Source: an uncultured Actinomycetes bacterium
GTDB taxonomy: Bacteria; Actinomycetota; Acidimicrobiia; IMCC26256; DASPTH01
NCBI GenBank assembly: GCA_963841415.1
Contig: CAWJCN010000004.1
Span: 171,470 to 235,469 of the forward strand
Length of the DNA stretch: 64,000 nt
Direction: 5' to 3'
Below, piece after piece: positions 44,701-53,308 of the stretch. Numbering within the stretch: position 1 is the stretch's first letter; the number at the start of each line of letters is the position of its first letter. The translations under genes and the position numbers were made by a program. The notes beneath the pieces are model-generated. The model did no database searches and was not told the DNA's origin. It saw nothing but the letters and a program-made list of their open reading frames with translations.

Positions 44701-45209
44701 CCGGCGACGAGGCGCGCCACGAGCGCGTCGCGGTCGACCTGGTTCCCCGGGCGCACCACGACCGGTTCGACCTCTTCGGCGTGCGGGCCCAGCCGCTGCA
44801 CCAACGCGCGGACCGGCGCCACGACGACGTCGGGCGGCGTGCCTTCACCCTGCGACGAGGCGCGCAGGCGCCACATCACCCGGAGGCGGCGCCCCATCGT
44901 CTCGAACGACGGCGACACCCGCTCGAACGGCAAGGTCTCCCACGCGGGGAACAGCTCGACCGCGTCGTCGCCCACGAACTGGCCCAGGTCGCGCACGAGG
45001 CGCTGCGCCTCCGCGCCCGTCGGCACCGCCAGCAGCAACGGCCGACGGGTCGTGACGCCCGCTAGCGACGCCACGAACAGGGCACGGGCCGCGTCGGGCA
45101 CCGCCACCGTCGGCCGCCGCGAGATCACCGCGCGCAGCGCCGGCTCCTCGGCGAGGAGCGGAGCGAGGGCGGCGAGCGGCGGCGCGGGATTCATTGGTGG
45201 GTGGAACAC
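41747..45209 (-). pseudogene. mfd: Transcription-repair coupling factor Mfd, frameshifted as sequenced
   Basis: The N-terminal ORF 43953..45209 and the C-terminal part of ORF 41747..44848 (DEAD/helicase motifs GDVGYGKTEVA, VVDEEQRFG) join at about 44045-44070 with a 1-nt frame change. Confidence 0.85.
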
Positions 45210-45248
45210 GCTATGTGTCGTCCAGCTGCCAATGAATCGGGCAGGGGG

Positions 45249-45833
45249 TCAATTCACACGATTCATGGCGGCGTCGACGCCGTCGGCGATGATCGCCTCC
45301 ACCGCGTCGGCGGCCTCCTCGAGCACGACGTCGATCTCGGCCCGCTCGCGCTTGGAGAACTTCTTGAGCACGTGGTCGACGCCGTGCTCCTTCGACACCG
45401 GCTTGCCGACCCCGATGCGCACCCGCAGGAACGCGTCGGAGTGGAGGTGCGACGTGATCGAGCGGAGCCCGTTGTGGCCGGCCAGCCCGCCACCGTTCTT
45501 CACCTTCAGCGCGCCGACCGGCAGGTCGAGCTCGTCCTGCACGACGACGATCTGCTCGGGCTCCACGCCGTAGCGGCGCGCCAGCGGGGCGACCGCCATC
45601 CCGGACTCGTTCATGTACGTGAGGGGCACGGCGAGCGCGACGAGCGACGAGCCGAAGCGCACCTGGTCGACCCGGGCACGCTCCTTGCCCTTCTTCAGCT
45701 TCGCGCCGTGCCGGTGGGCGAGGATCTCCACGACCTCGGCGCCGACGTTGTGGCGCGTGCACGCGTAGTCGTCGCCCGGATTGCCGAGCCCCACCACCAG
45801 CAAGTCGGCGGCGGTGCCCCGACGCCGCAGCAC
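45249..45833 (-). CDS. pth: Peptidyl-tRNA hydrolase
   Basis: LVVGLGNPGDDYACTRHNVG, GHNGLRS motifs. Confidence 0.9.
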   Translation of the reverse strand: MLRRRGTAADLLVVGLGNPGDDYACTRHNVGAEVVEILAHRHGAKLKKGKERARVDQVRFGSSLVALAVPLTYMNESGMAVAPLARRYGVEPEQIVVVQDELDLPVGALKVKNGGGLAGHNGLRSITSHLHSDAFLRVRIGVGKPVSKEHGVDHVLKKFSKRERAEIDVVLEEAADAVEAIIADGVDAAMNRVN

Positions 45834-45836
45834 GGG

Positions 45837-46502
45837 TTACTCGACGCCGGCGTCGTCCGAGGCCTCGGCGGATGCCTCCGCACCCTCGGCGGCCTCGCCC
45901 TCGCCCTCGACGCCTTCGCCCTCTTCGCCTTCCTCGGCCTCGGTGACGACGCGCGGCGCGGCGACCTGCGCGACGACGGTGTCGGTCTCGACCTCCGTCG
46001 ACACACCTTCGGGCAGCTTGACGTCGTCGAGGTGCAGCTGGTCGCCGATCTCGAGCGCGGTCACGTCGATCTCGATGGACACCGGGATGTTGCCCGGCAT
46101 CGCCTCCACGGTGAGCTGGAACATGAGCTGCTCGAGGAGACCGCCGTCTTTCACCCCGGTCGCCTCGCCCAGGAGGTGGATCGGGATCTCGGCGCTGACG
46201 GCGACGTCGCGGCGGATGCGGATGAAGTCGACGTGCACGAGCTCGCCCCGGGTGGGGTGGCGGTGGATCTGCCGGGCCAGCGTGAGCACGCTCTCGCCGT
46301 CGACGTCGAGGTTGATCAGGGTGTTGGCACCGGACTCGCCGGCGAGGATGTGCTGCAGCTCGCGTGACGGCACGGTGATCGACACGGTCTCGGTGCCGAG
46401 GCCGTAGACCACGGCAGGCACCTTGCCCTCGCGGCGGATCCGGCCGGAGGGGCGCGACCCGAGCTCGGTGCGCGGAGCGGAGGCGAGGGTGATGTCAGGC
46501 AT
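45837..46502 (-). CDS. rplY: 50S ribosomal protein L25/Ctc with acidic C-terminal tail
   Basis: GSRPSGRIRREGKVPAVVYG...HPTRGELVHVDF. Confidence 0.9.
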   Translation of the reverse strand: MPDITLASAPRTELGSRPSGRIRREGKVPAVVYGLGTETVSITVPSRELQHILAGESGANTLINLDVDGESVLTLARQIHRHPTRGELVHVDFIRIRRDVAVSAEIPIHLLGEATGVKDGGLLEQLMFQLTVEAMPGNIPVSIEIDVTALEIGDQLHLDDVKLPEGVSTEVETDTVVAQVAAPRVVTEAEEGEEGEGVEGEGEAAEGAEASAEASDDAGVE

Positions 46503-46559
46503 GGCGGAACAGGGGCCTTTCAGCCGTCCGGGACGGCCCGGAACGCGGAGCCCGAAAGT

Positions 46560-47543
46560 TTAGACGTTGTCGCCGCGGAAGATCTCGCTGACGCTGGTGT
46601 CTTCGAAGACGGCGTCGAGGGCCTCGGCGATGATCGGCGCGATCGAGAGGATCTCGAGGGCGTCGAAGCGCTTGTCGTCGGGGATCGGCAGCGTGTTGGT
46701 GACCACCACCTGGCGCACCGGCGCGTTCTTGAGGCGGTCGACCGCGGGCCCCGACAGCACGCCGTGGGTGGCGGTCACCCACACCTCGGCGGCCCCTCGC
46801 TCGAGCAGCAGGTTGACGGCGGACGTGATGGTGCCGGCGGTGTCGATCATGTCGTCGACGAGGACGCAGACGCCGCCCTCCACGTTGCCGACCACGTCGG
46901 TGGCCTCGGCGACGTTGTGCGTGCCCTTGGGGCGACGCTTGTCGATGAAGGCGAGGTCGGACTCCACGCCGGCGTCGCCGAGACAGTTCGCGAAGCGCCG
47001 GGCCAGCTTCAGACCGCCCGCGTCGGGCGACACCACGACGACGTCGCCGTCCACCTGACCCGCGAGGTAGTCGGCGAGCAGCGGCACCGCGGTGAGGTGG
47101 TCGACCGGGCCGTCGAAGAAGCCCTGGATCTGGCCGGTGTGGAGGTCGACGCTGACGAGGCGGTCGGCTCCGGCCGCAGTGAGGAGGTCGGCGAGCAAGC
47201 GAGCCGAGATCGGCTCGCGACCCTCTGCCTTGCGGTCTTGGCGCGCGTATCCGTAGAACGGGCACACCGCGGTGATGCGACGCGCCGACGCGCGCTTGGC
47301 CGCATCGATCATGAGCAGCTGCTGCATGATTCGGTCGTTGATCGGTTCGCAGTGGCTCTGCACGACGAACACGTCGGCGCCACGGATGCTCTCGCCGTAG
47401 CGCGCGTAGAGCTCACCGCTCGCGAACGTCGACAACTTGATCTGCCCGAGCGGGACGCCGAGGCACTCCGCGATCTCGTTCGAGAGGTCCTCGTTGCCCT
47501 GCCCCGCGAAGACCATGAGCTTCTTCTTGGAAACGAGTTCCAC
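46560..47543 (-). CDS. prs: Ribose-phosphate pyrophosphokinase
   Basis: GTG start. KKLMVFAGQGN..., and the PRPP-binding loop VLVDDMIDTAGT. Confidence 0.9.
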   Translation of the reverse strand: MELVSKKKLMVFAGQGNEDLSNEIAECLGVPLGQIKLSTFASGELYARYGESIRGADVFVVQSHCEPINDRIMQQLLMIDAAKRASARRITAVCPFYGYARQDRKAEGREPISARLLADLLTAAGADRLVSVDLHTGQIQGFFDGPVDHLTAVPLLADYLAGQVDGDVVVVSPDAGGLKLARRFANCLGDAGVESDLAFIDKRRPKGTHNVAEATDVVGNVEGGVCVLVDDMIDTAGTITSAVNLLLERGAAEVWVTATHGVLSGPAVDRLKNAPVRQVVVTNTLPIPDDKRFDALEILSIAPIIAEALDAVFEDTSVSEIFRGDNV

Positions 47544-47629
47544 GCCTTCTCCGCTCTTGGCCCTGCGGGCCGGGCCGCTCCGGCCCCGCCTCGCTGCACC
47601 GCAGGATACCTGCGGCGCGGCCGCTCGGC

Positions 47630-49081
47630 TCAGGCTTCTCCGCTCTCGGCCTCATTTTCGAGGTCGTCTTCGTCCCGGGCATCGTCGCGCTTCGCGACCC
47701 AGCCCTCCTCGATCGAGGCCGGCACGCCCTTGGCCAGCGCGCCGGAGGGCACGTCGCGGGTGACGACCGCGCCGGCGCCGGTGTAGGCGCCCTCGCCCAC
47801 CTCGACGGGCGCGACGAGCACGGTGTTGGAGCCCGTGCGCGCGTCGGCGCCGACCTTGGTGCGGTGCTTCTCCCGGCCGTCGTAGTTGGCCGTGATGGTG
47901 CCGGCACCGATGTTGGCGCGGGGTCCGATCTCGGCGTCGCCGACGTACGCGAGGTGCGGCACCTTGGCGTCTTCGCCGATCTCGGAGTTCTTGATCTCGA
48001 CGAACGTGCCGACGTGCGCGCCCGCGGCCAAGCGCGTGCCCGGTCGCAGCGACACGTACGGCCCGACGGTCGCGCCGTCGCCGATCTCCGCCTCGCGGGC
48101 GACGGTCTGGCGGACGACCGCGCCCTCGCCCACCACGGTGTCGACGAGCTGACAGTCAGGACCGATCACCGACCTCGCGCCGACCACGGTGCGGCCCGAG
48201 AGGATGGTGTTGGGCAGGAGGTGCACGTCGGGCGCGAGCCCGACCGCGGCGTCGACGTAGGTGCGCGCCGGGTCGGTCATCCCGACGCCTGCGCGCATCC
48301 AGCGGGTGTTGATCCGGTGGCGGAGCTCGGCCTCGGCTTCGGCGAGCTGGGCACGGTCGTTGACGCCGAACGCGTCGGTCGCGTCGTCCGCCTCGACGCC
48401 GAGCACGAGGTGGCCGGCCTGACGCAGGACGGCGACGACGTCGGTGAGGTAGTACTCGCCCTGCGCGTTCTCGGGGCTGAGCCGGCGCAGCGCGGGCGCG
48501 AGGAGGCCGCGGCGGAAGCAGTAGATCGACGGGTTGACCTCGTCGATCTCGAGCTCGTCGGGGGTGCCGTCGGACTGCTCGACGATGCGGTCGACCCGGC
48601 CCTGGTCGTCGCGCACGACGCGCCCGTACCCGGTGGGATCGGCCACGCGAGCGGTGAGCAACGACGCGGCGGCGTCGGCGTTGCGGTGCGCGGTGGCGAG
48701 CCGGGCCAGCGTCTCGGCCCGCAGGAGCGGCACGTCGCCGGCCACGATGATGAGGTCGTCCTCGACGTCGAGGTCGTCCGCGAATGCGGTGAGTCCGATG
48801 TGTGCGGCGTCGCCGGTGCCCCGTTGCGCGGGCTGCTCCACGAACTCCACCGGCACGTCGCCCACGAGCTGTTCCTGCAGCGTCTTGGTGACGTGCTCGG
48901 CGGCGTGACCGACGACGACCACGATCTTCTGCAGCGGTAGCTGCTCGAGCGCGTCGAGCACGTGCAGGAGCATCGGCCGTCCGCACAGCGGGTGGAGCAC
49001 CTTCGGGGTGGCGGAACGCATGCGCGTGCCCTCGCCTGCCGCCAGAACCACTGCGCTCACCGGCCGGATCTGCGTCGCCAC
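47630..49081 (-). CDS. glmU: Bifunctional UDP-N-acetylglucosamine pyrophosphorylase / GlcN-1-P acetyltransferase
   Basis: VVLAAGEGTRMRS N-terminus and left-handed beta-helix hexapeptide repeats at the C-terminus. GTG start preceded by GGAG. Confidence 0.9.
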   Translation of the reverse strand: MATQIRPVSAVVLAAGEGTRMRSATPKVLHPLCGRPMLLHVLDALEQLPLQKIVVVVGHAAEHVTKTLQEQLVGDVPVEFVEQPAQRGTGDAAHIGLTAFADDLDVEDDLIIVAGDVPLLRAETLARLATAHRNADAAASLLTARVADPTGYGRVVRDDQGRVDRIVEQSDGTPDELEIDEVNPSIYCFRRGLLAPALRRLSPENAQGEYYLTDVVAVLRQAGHLVLGVEADDATDAFGVNDRAQLAEAEAELRHRINTRWMRAGVGMTDPARTYVDAAVGLAPDVHLLPNTILSGRTVVGARSVIGPDCQLVDTVVGEGAVVRQTVAREAEIGDGATVGPYVSLRPGTRLAAGAHVGTFVEIKNSEIGEDAKVPHLAYVGDAEIGPRANIGAGTITANYDGREKHRTKVGADARTGSNTVLVAPVEVGEGAYTGAGAVVTRDVPSGALAKGVPASIEEGWVAKRDDARDEDDLENEAESGEA

Positions 49082-49116
49082 TGATCTCCTACGGGATGTC
49101 TCCCTGTCCGGGGGTG

Positions 49117-49187
49117 CTCGGGGGCGAGGTTTCGAACCTCGACTTGGGACTCCAAAGGACCCCGTGCTGCCGTTACACCACCCCCGA
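49117..49187 (-). tRNA. tRNA-Gln (anticodon UUG)
   Basis: Manual fold: acceptor TCGGGGG/CCCCCGA, D-stem GTGT/GCAC, anticodon loop CTTTGGA (one U-U mismatch in the stem), T-arm CGAGG-TTCGAAA-CCTCG. Confidence 0.8.
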
Positions 49188-49252
49188 ATTGGTCGACACG
49201 ACGGTACCTGATGTGCGGGTCGTCGCCGTGCCCGACTAACTTGCGTCCCGCC

Positions 49253-49354
49253 ATGGGCTCACTGATCAAGAAGCGCCGCAAGCGCATGCGGAAGAAGAAG
49301 CACAAGAAGCTTCTCAAGAAGACGCGCTGGCAGCGCCGTCAGCAGGGCCGCTGA
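49253..49354 (+). CDS. Small basic ribosomal protein bS22-like (33 aa)
   Basis: MGSLIKKRRKRMRKKKHKKLLKKTRWQRRQQGR closely resembles the actinobacterial MGSVIKKRRKRM...KHRKLL bS22 family. Too short for the ORF track. Confidence 0.7.
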   Translation: MGSLIKKRRKRMRKKKHKKLLKKTRWQRRQQGR

Positions 49355-49445
49355 CCGACCTCTCCCCGTTCTGGCGTGCCCGCGCCGTGCATGTCACGGC
49401 GGAGGTACGCAAGAACGACATGGCGAGATGGCCAGATGGGGCGTG

Positions 49446-50339
49446 TCAGCTGGCGAGGCGGACGCCGCGGGAGACGCTGGTCGTGCCGACGACGGGCACG
49501 CGTAGGCGTCGCCTGACCTCCTCGACCAGCCCGGGAAGCCGGCGCGCGTCCGCGACGGGCACCACGTAGGCCGACCCGCTGCCCGCGAGCAGCGCGGGCG
49601 CGCCGGTGGCCGCTTCGAGCGCGGCGCGGAATTCGACCAGGCGCGGCTCGAGCATCTCGGCCGCCGGCTCCAGGTCGTTGACGAGCTCGTCGACCAACGC
49701 CGTCAGCCGGCGCGGCGCCGGCACCATCCGCTCCGACCGCGGGCCGCCCAACCGGTCCCACGCCTTGTAGACGTCCGGAGTCGACAGCCGGAACGGCGGG
49801 ATGGCCACCACGAACGCGAGTCCGGTCGGCACCGACGCCGGCTCGATGATCTCGCCCCGCCCGCGGATCCAGGCTGCGCCGCCCCGCACGCAGAACGGCA
49901 CGTCCGACCCCACCTCGGCCGCGAGGGCGAGGACACCGGCATCGTCGACGTCGACGTCGAGCAGCTCACGCACCGCCAGCAGGGCGGCGGCCGCGTCGGC
50001 CGACCCGCCGCCGAGCCCACCGCCGGCGGGGATGTGCTTGCGCAGCACGAGCCGCACGCCGTGCCCCGACCGTCCCGCGCGCACGAGCAACTTCTCGGCC
50101 GCGATGAAGGCGAGGTTGCGGTGGTCGGACGGCACGTCGTCGCCGAGCTCCACCCCCGAGACCTCCACCTGCACACCACCCGGCGCGGGCACCGCGAAGA
50201 CCTCGATCACGTCGTGCGGCTGACCGAGCGACACCACCAGCGACTCGAGGTCGTGGAACCCGTCACGCCGGCGGCCGAGCACGCGCAGCGACAGGTTGAG
50301 CTTGGGATATGCGGTGGCGCGGACGCGGGCAAGTCTCAT
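49446..50339 (-). CDS. ispE: 4-diphosphocytidyl-2-C-methyl-D-erythritol kinase
   Basis: AYPKLNLSLRVLGRRRDGFHDL and the GHMP motif PAGGGLGGGSADAAA. ATGA overlap with the rsmA stop. Confidence 0.9.
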   Translation of the reverse strand: MRLARVRATAYPKLNLSLRVLGRRRDGFHDLESLVVSLGQPHDVIEVFAVPAPGGVQVEVSGVELGDDVPSDHRNLAFIAAEKLLVRAGRSGHGVRLVLRKHIPAGGGLGGGSADAAAALLAVRELLDVDVDDAGVLALAAEVGSDVPFCVRGGAAWIRGRGEIIEPASVPTGLAFVVAIPPFRLSTPDVYKAWDRLGGPRSERMVPAPRRLTALVDELVNDLEPAAEMLEPRLVEFRAALEAATGAPALLAGSGSAYVVPVADARRLPGLVEEVRRRLRVPVVGTTSVSRGVRLAS

Positions 50340-51186
50340 GCTGCCTCCGCCGCGCTGCGGGCCACCGCGGCCCAGTCGTCGAGACCGAGCGCCTCGGCCC
50401 GTGCGGTCGGGGCGACGCCCGCCGCCGCCAGCACCGCGGGCGTGGCGTCGCCGAGCACCGGCGCGAGCGAACGGCGCAGCATCTTGCGGCGCTGCGCGAA
50501 GCCGGCGCGCACGAGCACGAACAGGTCGTCGGCCGACGGCACGCTCACGGGTGGTTCCGACCGGCGGTGCAGCCGCACGAGCGCCGAGTCGACTTTGGGG
50601 CGCGGGATGAACACGGTCGGCGGGACGAGCCCCACGACCTGCGCCTCCGCGAAGTACGCGACCTTCACCGACACCGCGCCGTACTGCGGGTCGCCGGGGC
50701 CGGCTGCCAACCGCTCCCCCACCTCACGCTGCACCATGACCAGGATGCGCTCGACCGCATCGGCCTCCTCGAGCAACCGGACGACCACCGGCACCGCCAC
50801 GTTGTAGGGCAGGTTCGACACGCACGTACGCGGCGACGGCGGCGGCGCGAGCAGTGCGTCGAGGTCGACGCTCATCGCGTCGCCGGGCTCCACTCGCACG
50901 ACGGCACGGGACCGGCGTCGACCACCACCGCGCGGAGCACGTCGGCCAGCCGGTCGTCGAGCTCCAGCGCCACGACGTCGTGGCCGGCGTCGAGCAGGGC
51001 GAGGGTGAGCGACCCGAGACCGGGGCCGATCTCGAGCACCGGCGCCGCGGCGGGCAACTCGGCCAACGCCACCACCCGGCGGGCGGTGTTCGGGTCGGCG
51101 AGGAAGTTCTGGCCCAGGCTCCGCTTGGGGTGGAGCCCGTGCTGGCCGAGCAGCGCGGTCACCGTCGCCGGGGTCAGGAGAGCCAC
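50336..51186 (-). pseudogene. rsmA: 16S rRNA (adenine1518/1519-N6)-dimethyltransferase RsmA/KsgA, frameshifted as sequenced
   Basis: N-terminal ORF 50872..51186 (KRSLGQNFL, LEIGPGLGSLT) and C-terminal ORF 50336..50899 (SNLPYNVAVP). There is a 1-nt frame change near 50895-50905. Confidence 0.85.
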
Positions 51187-51190
51187 GATG

Positions 51191-51424
51191 ACGGTCGATT
51201 CCGCTCCGGCGTCCCGGCCGTCCGCCGTGATGGTTCGCTCACTGCGAGCCGGGATACCCGGCTCGCAGCCGTTCGCTCACACCCACGCCTCCGCTGCATC
51301 TCCATCACAACGGTCGATTCCACTCCTGCGTCCCGGCCGTCCGCCGCGATGGTTCGCCCACTGCGAGCCGGGATACCCGGCTCGCAGCCGTTCGCTCACA
51401 CCCACGCCTCCGCTGCATCTCCAT
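51191..51424 (-). repeat. Two tandem 115-nt copies (119-bp period, 4 mismatches) of the GGAATCGACC intercistronic element, each with an internal 12-bp-stem hairpin
   Basis: Direct comparison of 51191-51305 with 51310-51424. Hairpin CTGCGAGCCGGG-TAT-CCCGGCTCGCAG is flanked by direct repeats GTGAGCGAAC. Located between the rpfB stop and the rsmA start. Confidence 0.95.
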
Positions 51425-51467
51425 GGGACGAGGAAACTACAAGGTGGGCGTCACCCGTTCCGCACGA

Positions 51468-53084
51468 TCACATGCTCCATTGCGGCCAGTGCAGGACGTT
51501 GTTGGCGCAACCCCACGAGTCGAAGCCGTACTTCGCGTAGATGCGCTCCGCGACGATGATCTGCTCCTCGCGGGTGGCGAGGCCGGCATTCGGCGCGAAC
51601 TCGGTACCGCCGAAGGCTCGCCAGGTGCTCCGGGCGATGCCGAGACCGCCGTCGAAGCCGTTGGCGTTGGAGTCGACGGTGTCCCAGCGCCCGCCCGACT
51701 CGCACTGCGCGAGCTCGTCCCAGTGGGGGTCGGCGTAGGTGCCGTAACCGATGATCTCGGGTGTCGGCGCCACAGTGGGCACCTCCGACACGACCTGCTT
51801 GTCACCCTTCTCGCCGTTCTCGACCCGTTGGCGGTAGGTGATGGTCATGGTGCCGTTCCGACCGTCCTGGATGACGCGGGTCTGGCCGATGGCGAGCGTG
51901 GGGTCGGCCTGTTGCACGGTGTCGAACAGGATCGGCTCGGGGCTCGAGGTGGTGACGGCGTTGACGCGCACGACCGCCACCGAGTCCCCGTCGTGCAGCA
52001 CGGTGTCGGGTGAGGGGATCGCGTAGTCGTCGCCGACGAGCTTCACCTTGTACGACTGGAGCAGCTCGTCGACGGTGCGCGACGGCGAGTCGAACGTGAC
52101 CATCTGGTTGTCGATCTTGAGCGAACCGGCGACGCGCGTGCGGAACACAACGGTCGCGCCCGCCGCGAGCCGGCCGGGATCGTTGCGGACGGCGGTGAGC
52201 TTCCCGAGCTTCAGCTGCTTCTCGAGCTTGTCGGCGCTCGTCTCGACGGTGGGGACGGTGCGGATGCGACCGTCGACGTCGACGGTGACCGGGAACGCGC
52301 GCAACACGTCGACGTGCAGTCCGTCGTGGAGCGAGCTCGTCGCGCTGGGGACGACGACGTCGCCCGGACCGAGGTGCACGCGCTCGGCCGCGAGCAACGC
52401 GCCGACGGAGGAGGCTTCCGAGCGCAAGGGGGTGCGGGTCCCGTCGACGACGAGGGTGATCTCGGACCCGGCCGGTTGCATCGCCCGCTGCGCGATCCAG
52501 GCGCCGCCCAGGGCGGTGAGCACCACGAGCACGGCGACGACGAGCACCCGGGGCGCGGGCAGGAACCGGTGCCGGCGGCGGGGACGGGGAGTGCTGCCCG
52601 GCGGCGGGCCCTCCTCGAGCAGCTCGGTGACCGGGGGGAGCTCCTCCGGGCTGGGCAGCGGGAGCCACGAGGCGGGCTCGGGGGCTTCGGCCCGGGCCGG
52701 AGAGGGCGCGGAGCTCGCTTCGGCCGCGGCCTGGGCGTCTGCCACCACCGCTTCCGCCTCGGCCACCACCGCGGCCTGGTGTTCGGGGTGGGGATCGAGG
52801 AGGGCGTGGAGGGGAGGGAGGCCGTCGAGGTCGGCGGGCAGCGGGAGCCAGGCGGCCGCGTCGTGCGGCTCCGCACGCGCCGGTGACGGTGACACCGCCG
52901 CCTCGATCGCGGCCTCGATCGCGGTGAGGTCGATCACGTCGGGCTCGACCACGATCTCGCTCGCGTCGTCGAGCAGCACCTGGATCGACGGCAACGCGCT
53001 CGGGTCGGGCACGGGCAGCCACGCGGTGGCGTCGTGCGGTTCCGCGCGCGCGGGTGACGGACCGATCTTGCGCGAGACGTGCAA
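51468..53084 (-). CDS. rpfB: RpfB-like resuscitation-promoting factor (3x DUF348, G5, Rpf transglycosylase domain) with a long repeat-containing N-terminal extension
   Basis: C-terminus WDELAQCESGGRW...GGLGIARSTW. G5 segment QTRVIQDGRNGTMTITY. TM helix VLVVAVLVVLTALGGAWIA. The start is uncertain (TTG 53084/53090); codons upstream to 53267 have low GC3. Confidence 0.8.
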   Translation of the reverse strand: MHVSRKIGPSPARAEPHDATAWLPVPDPSALPSIQVLLDDASEIVVEPDVIDLTAIEAAIEAAVSPSPARAEPHDAAAWLPLPADLDGLPPLHALLDPHPEHQAAVVAEAEAVVADAQAAAEASSAPSPARAEAPEPASWLPLPSPEELPPVTELLEEGPPPGSTPRPRRRHRFLPAPRVLVVAVLVVLTALGGAWIAQRAMQPAGSEITLVVDGTRTPLRSEASSVGALLAAERVHLGPGDVVVPSATSSLHDGLHVDVLRAFPVTVDVDGRIRTVPTVETSADKLEKQLKLGKLTAVRNDPGRLAAGATVVFRTRVAGSLKIDNQMVTFDSPSRTVDELLQSYKVKLVGDDYAIPSPDTVLHDGDSVAVVRVNAVTTSSPEPILFDTVQQADPTLAIGQTRVIQDGRNGTMTITYRQRVENGEKGDKQVVSEVPTVAPTPEIIGYGTYADPHWDELAQCESGGRWDTVDSNANGFDGGLGIARSTWRAFGGTEFAPNAGLATREEQIIVAERIYAKYGFDSWGCANNVLHWPQWSM

Positions 53085-53308
53085 CGGCAACGTCGAGCGT
53101 CCTCGTACTGGATCGCTCCCGGCCGCGCTACGGCCGGGAGGGCTTTGCAGTTGCTCGGTGATCGGGACGCCCCTTGCATCGGCGTTGGTTCTGCGCGTCG
53201 ACCGAGAAGCGCTTCCACCCGCTTCGGACGAAGTGATCACGGTAGTCAACCTCCCCCGGTGCGGCAACGATCGTCGCCCGCCGGCCCGGATCGGTGCAGG
53301 TCAGCAGG

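Noticed and set aside
47544-47629. Relay mini-ORF upstream of prs
   Set aside because: The element is homologous to the rsmI leader, but here the frame has TGG instead of TGA at the prs start and no plausible start at the glmU stop. Only the sequence similarity is reported, not a mini-ORF.
51191-51424. Tandem repeat considered as a CRISPR array
   Set aside because: There are only two directly abutting copies (a 4-nt junction), no unique spacers, a 119-bp period, and no cas genes in the window.
53085-53308. ydaO/c-di-AMP riboswitch upstream of the rpf gene
   Set aside because: I could not recognise the conserved ydaO core blocks by eye, so it is reported only as an unclassified structured leader pending an Infernal scan.
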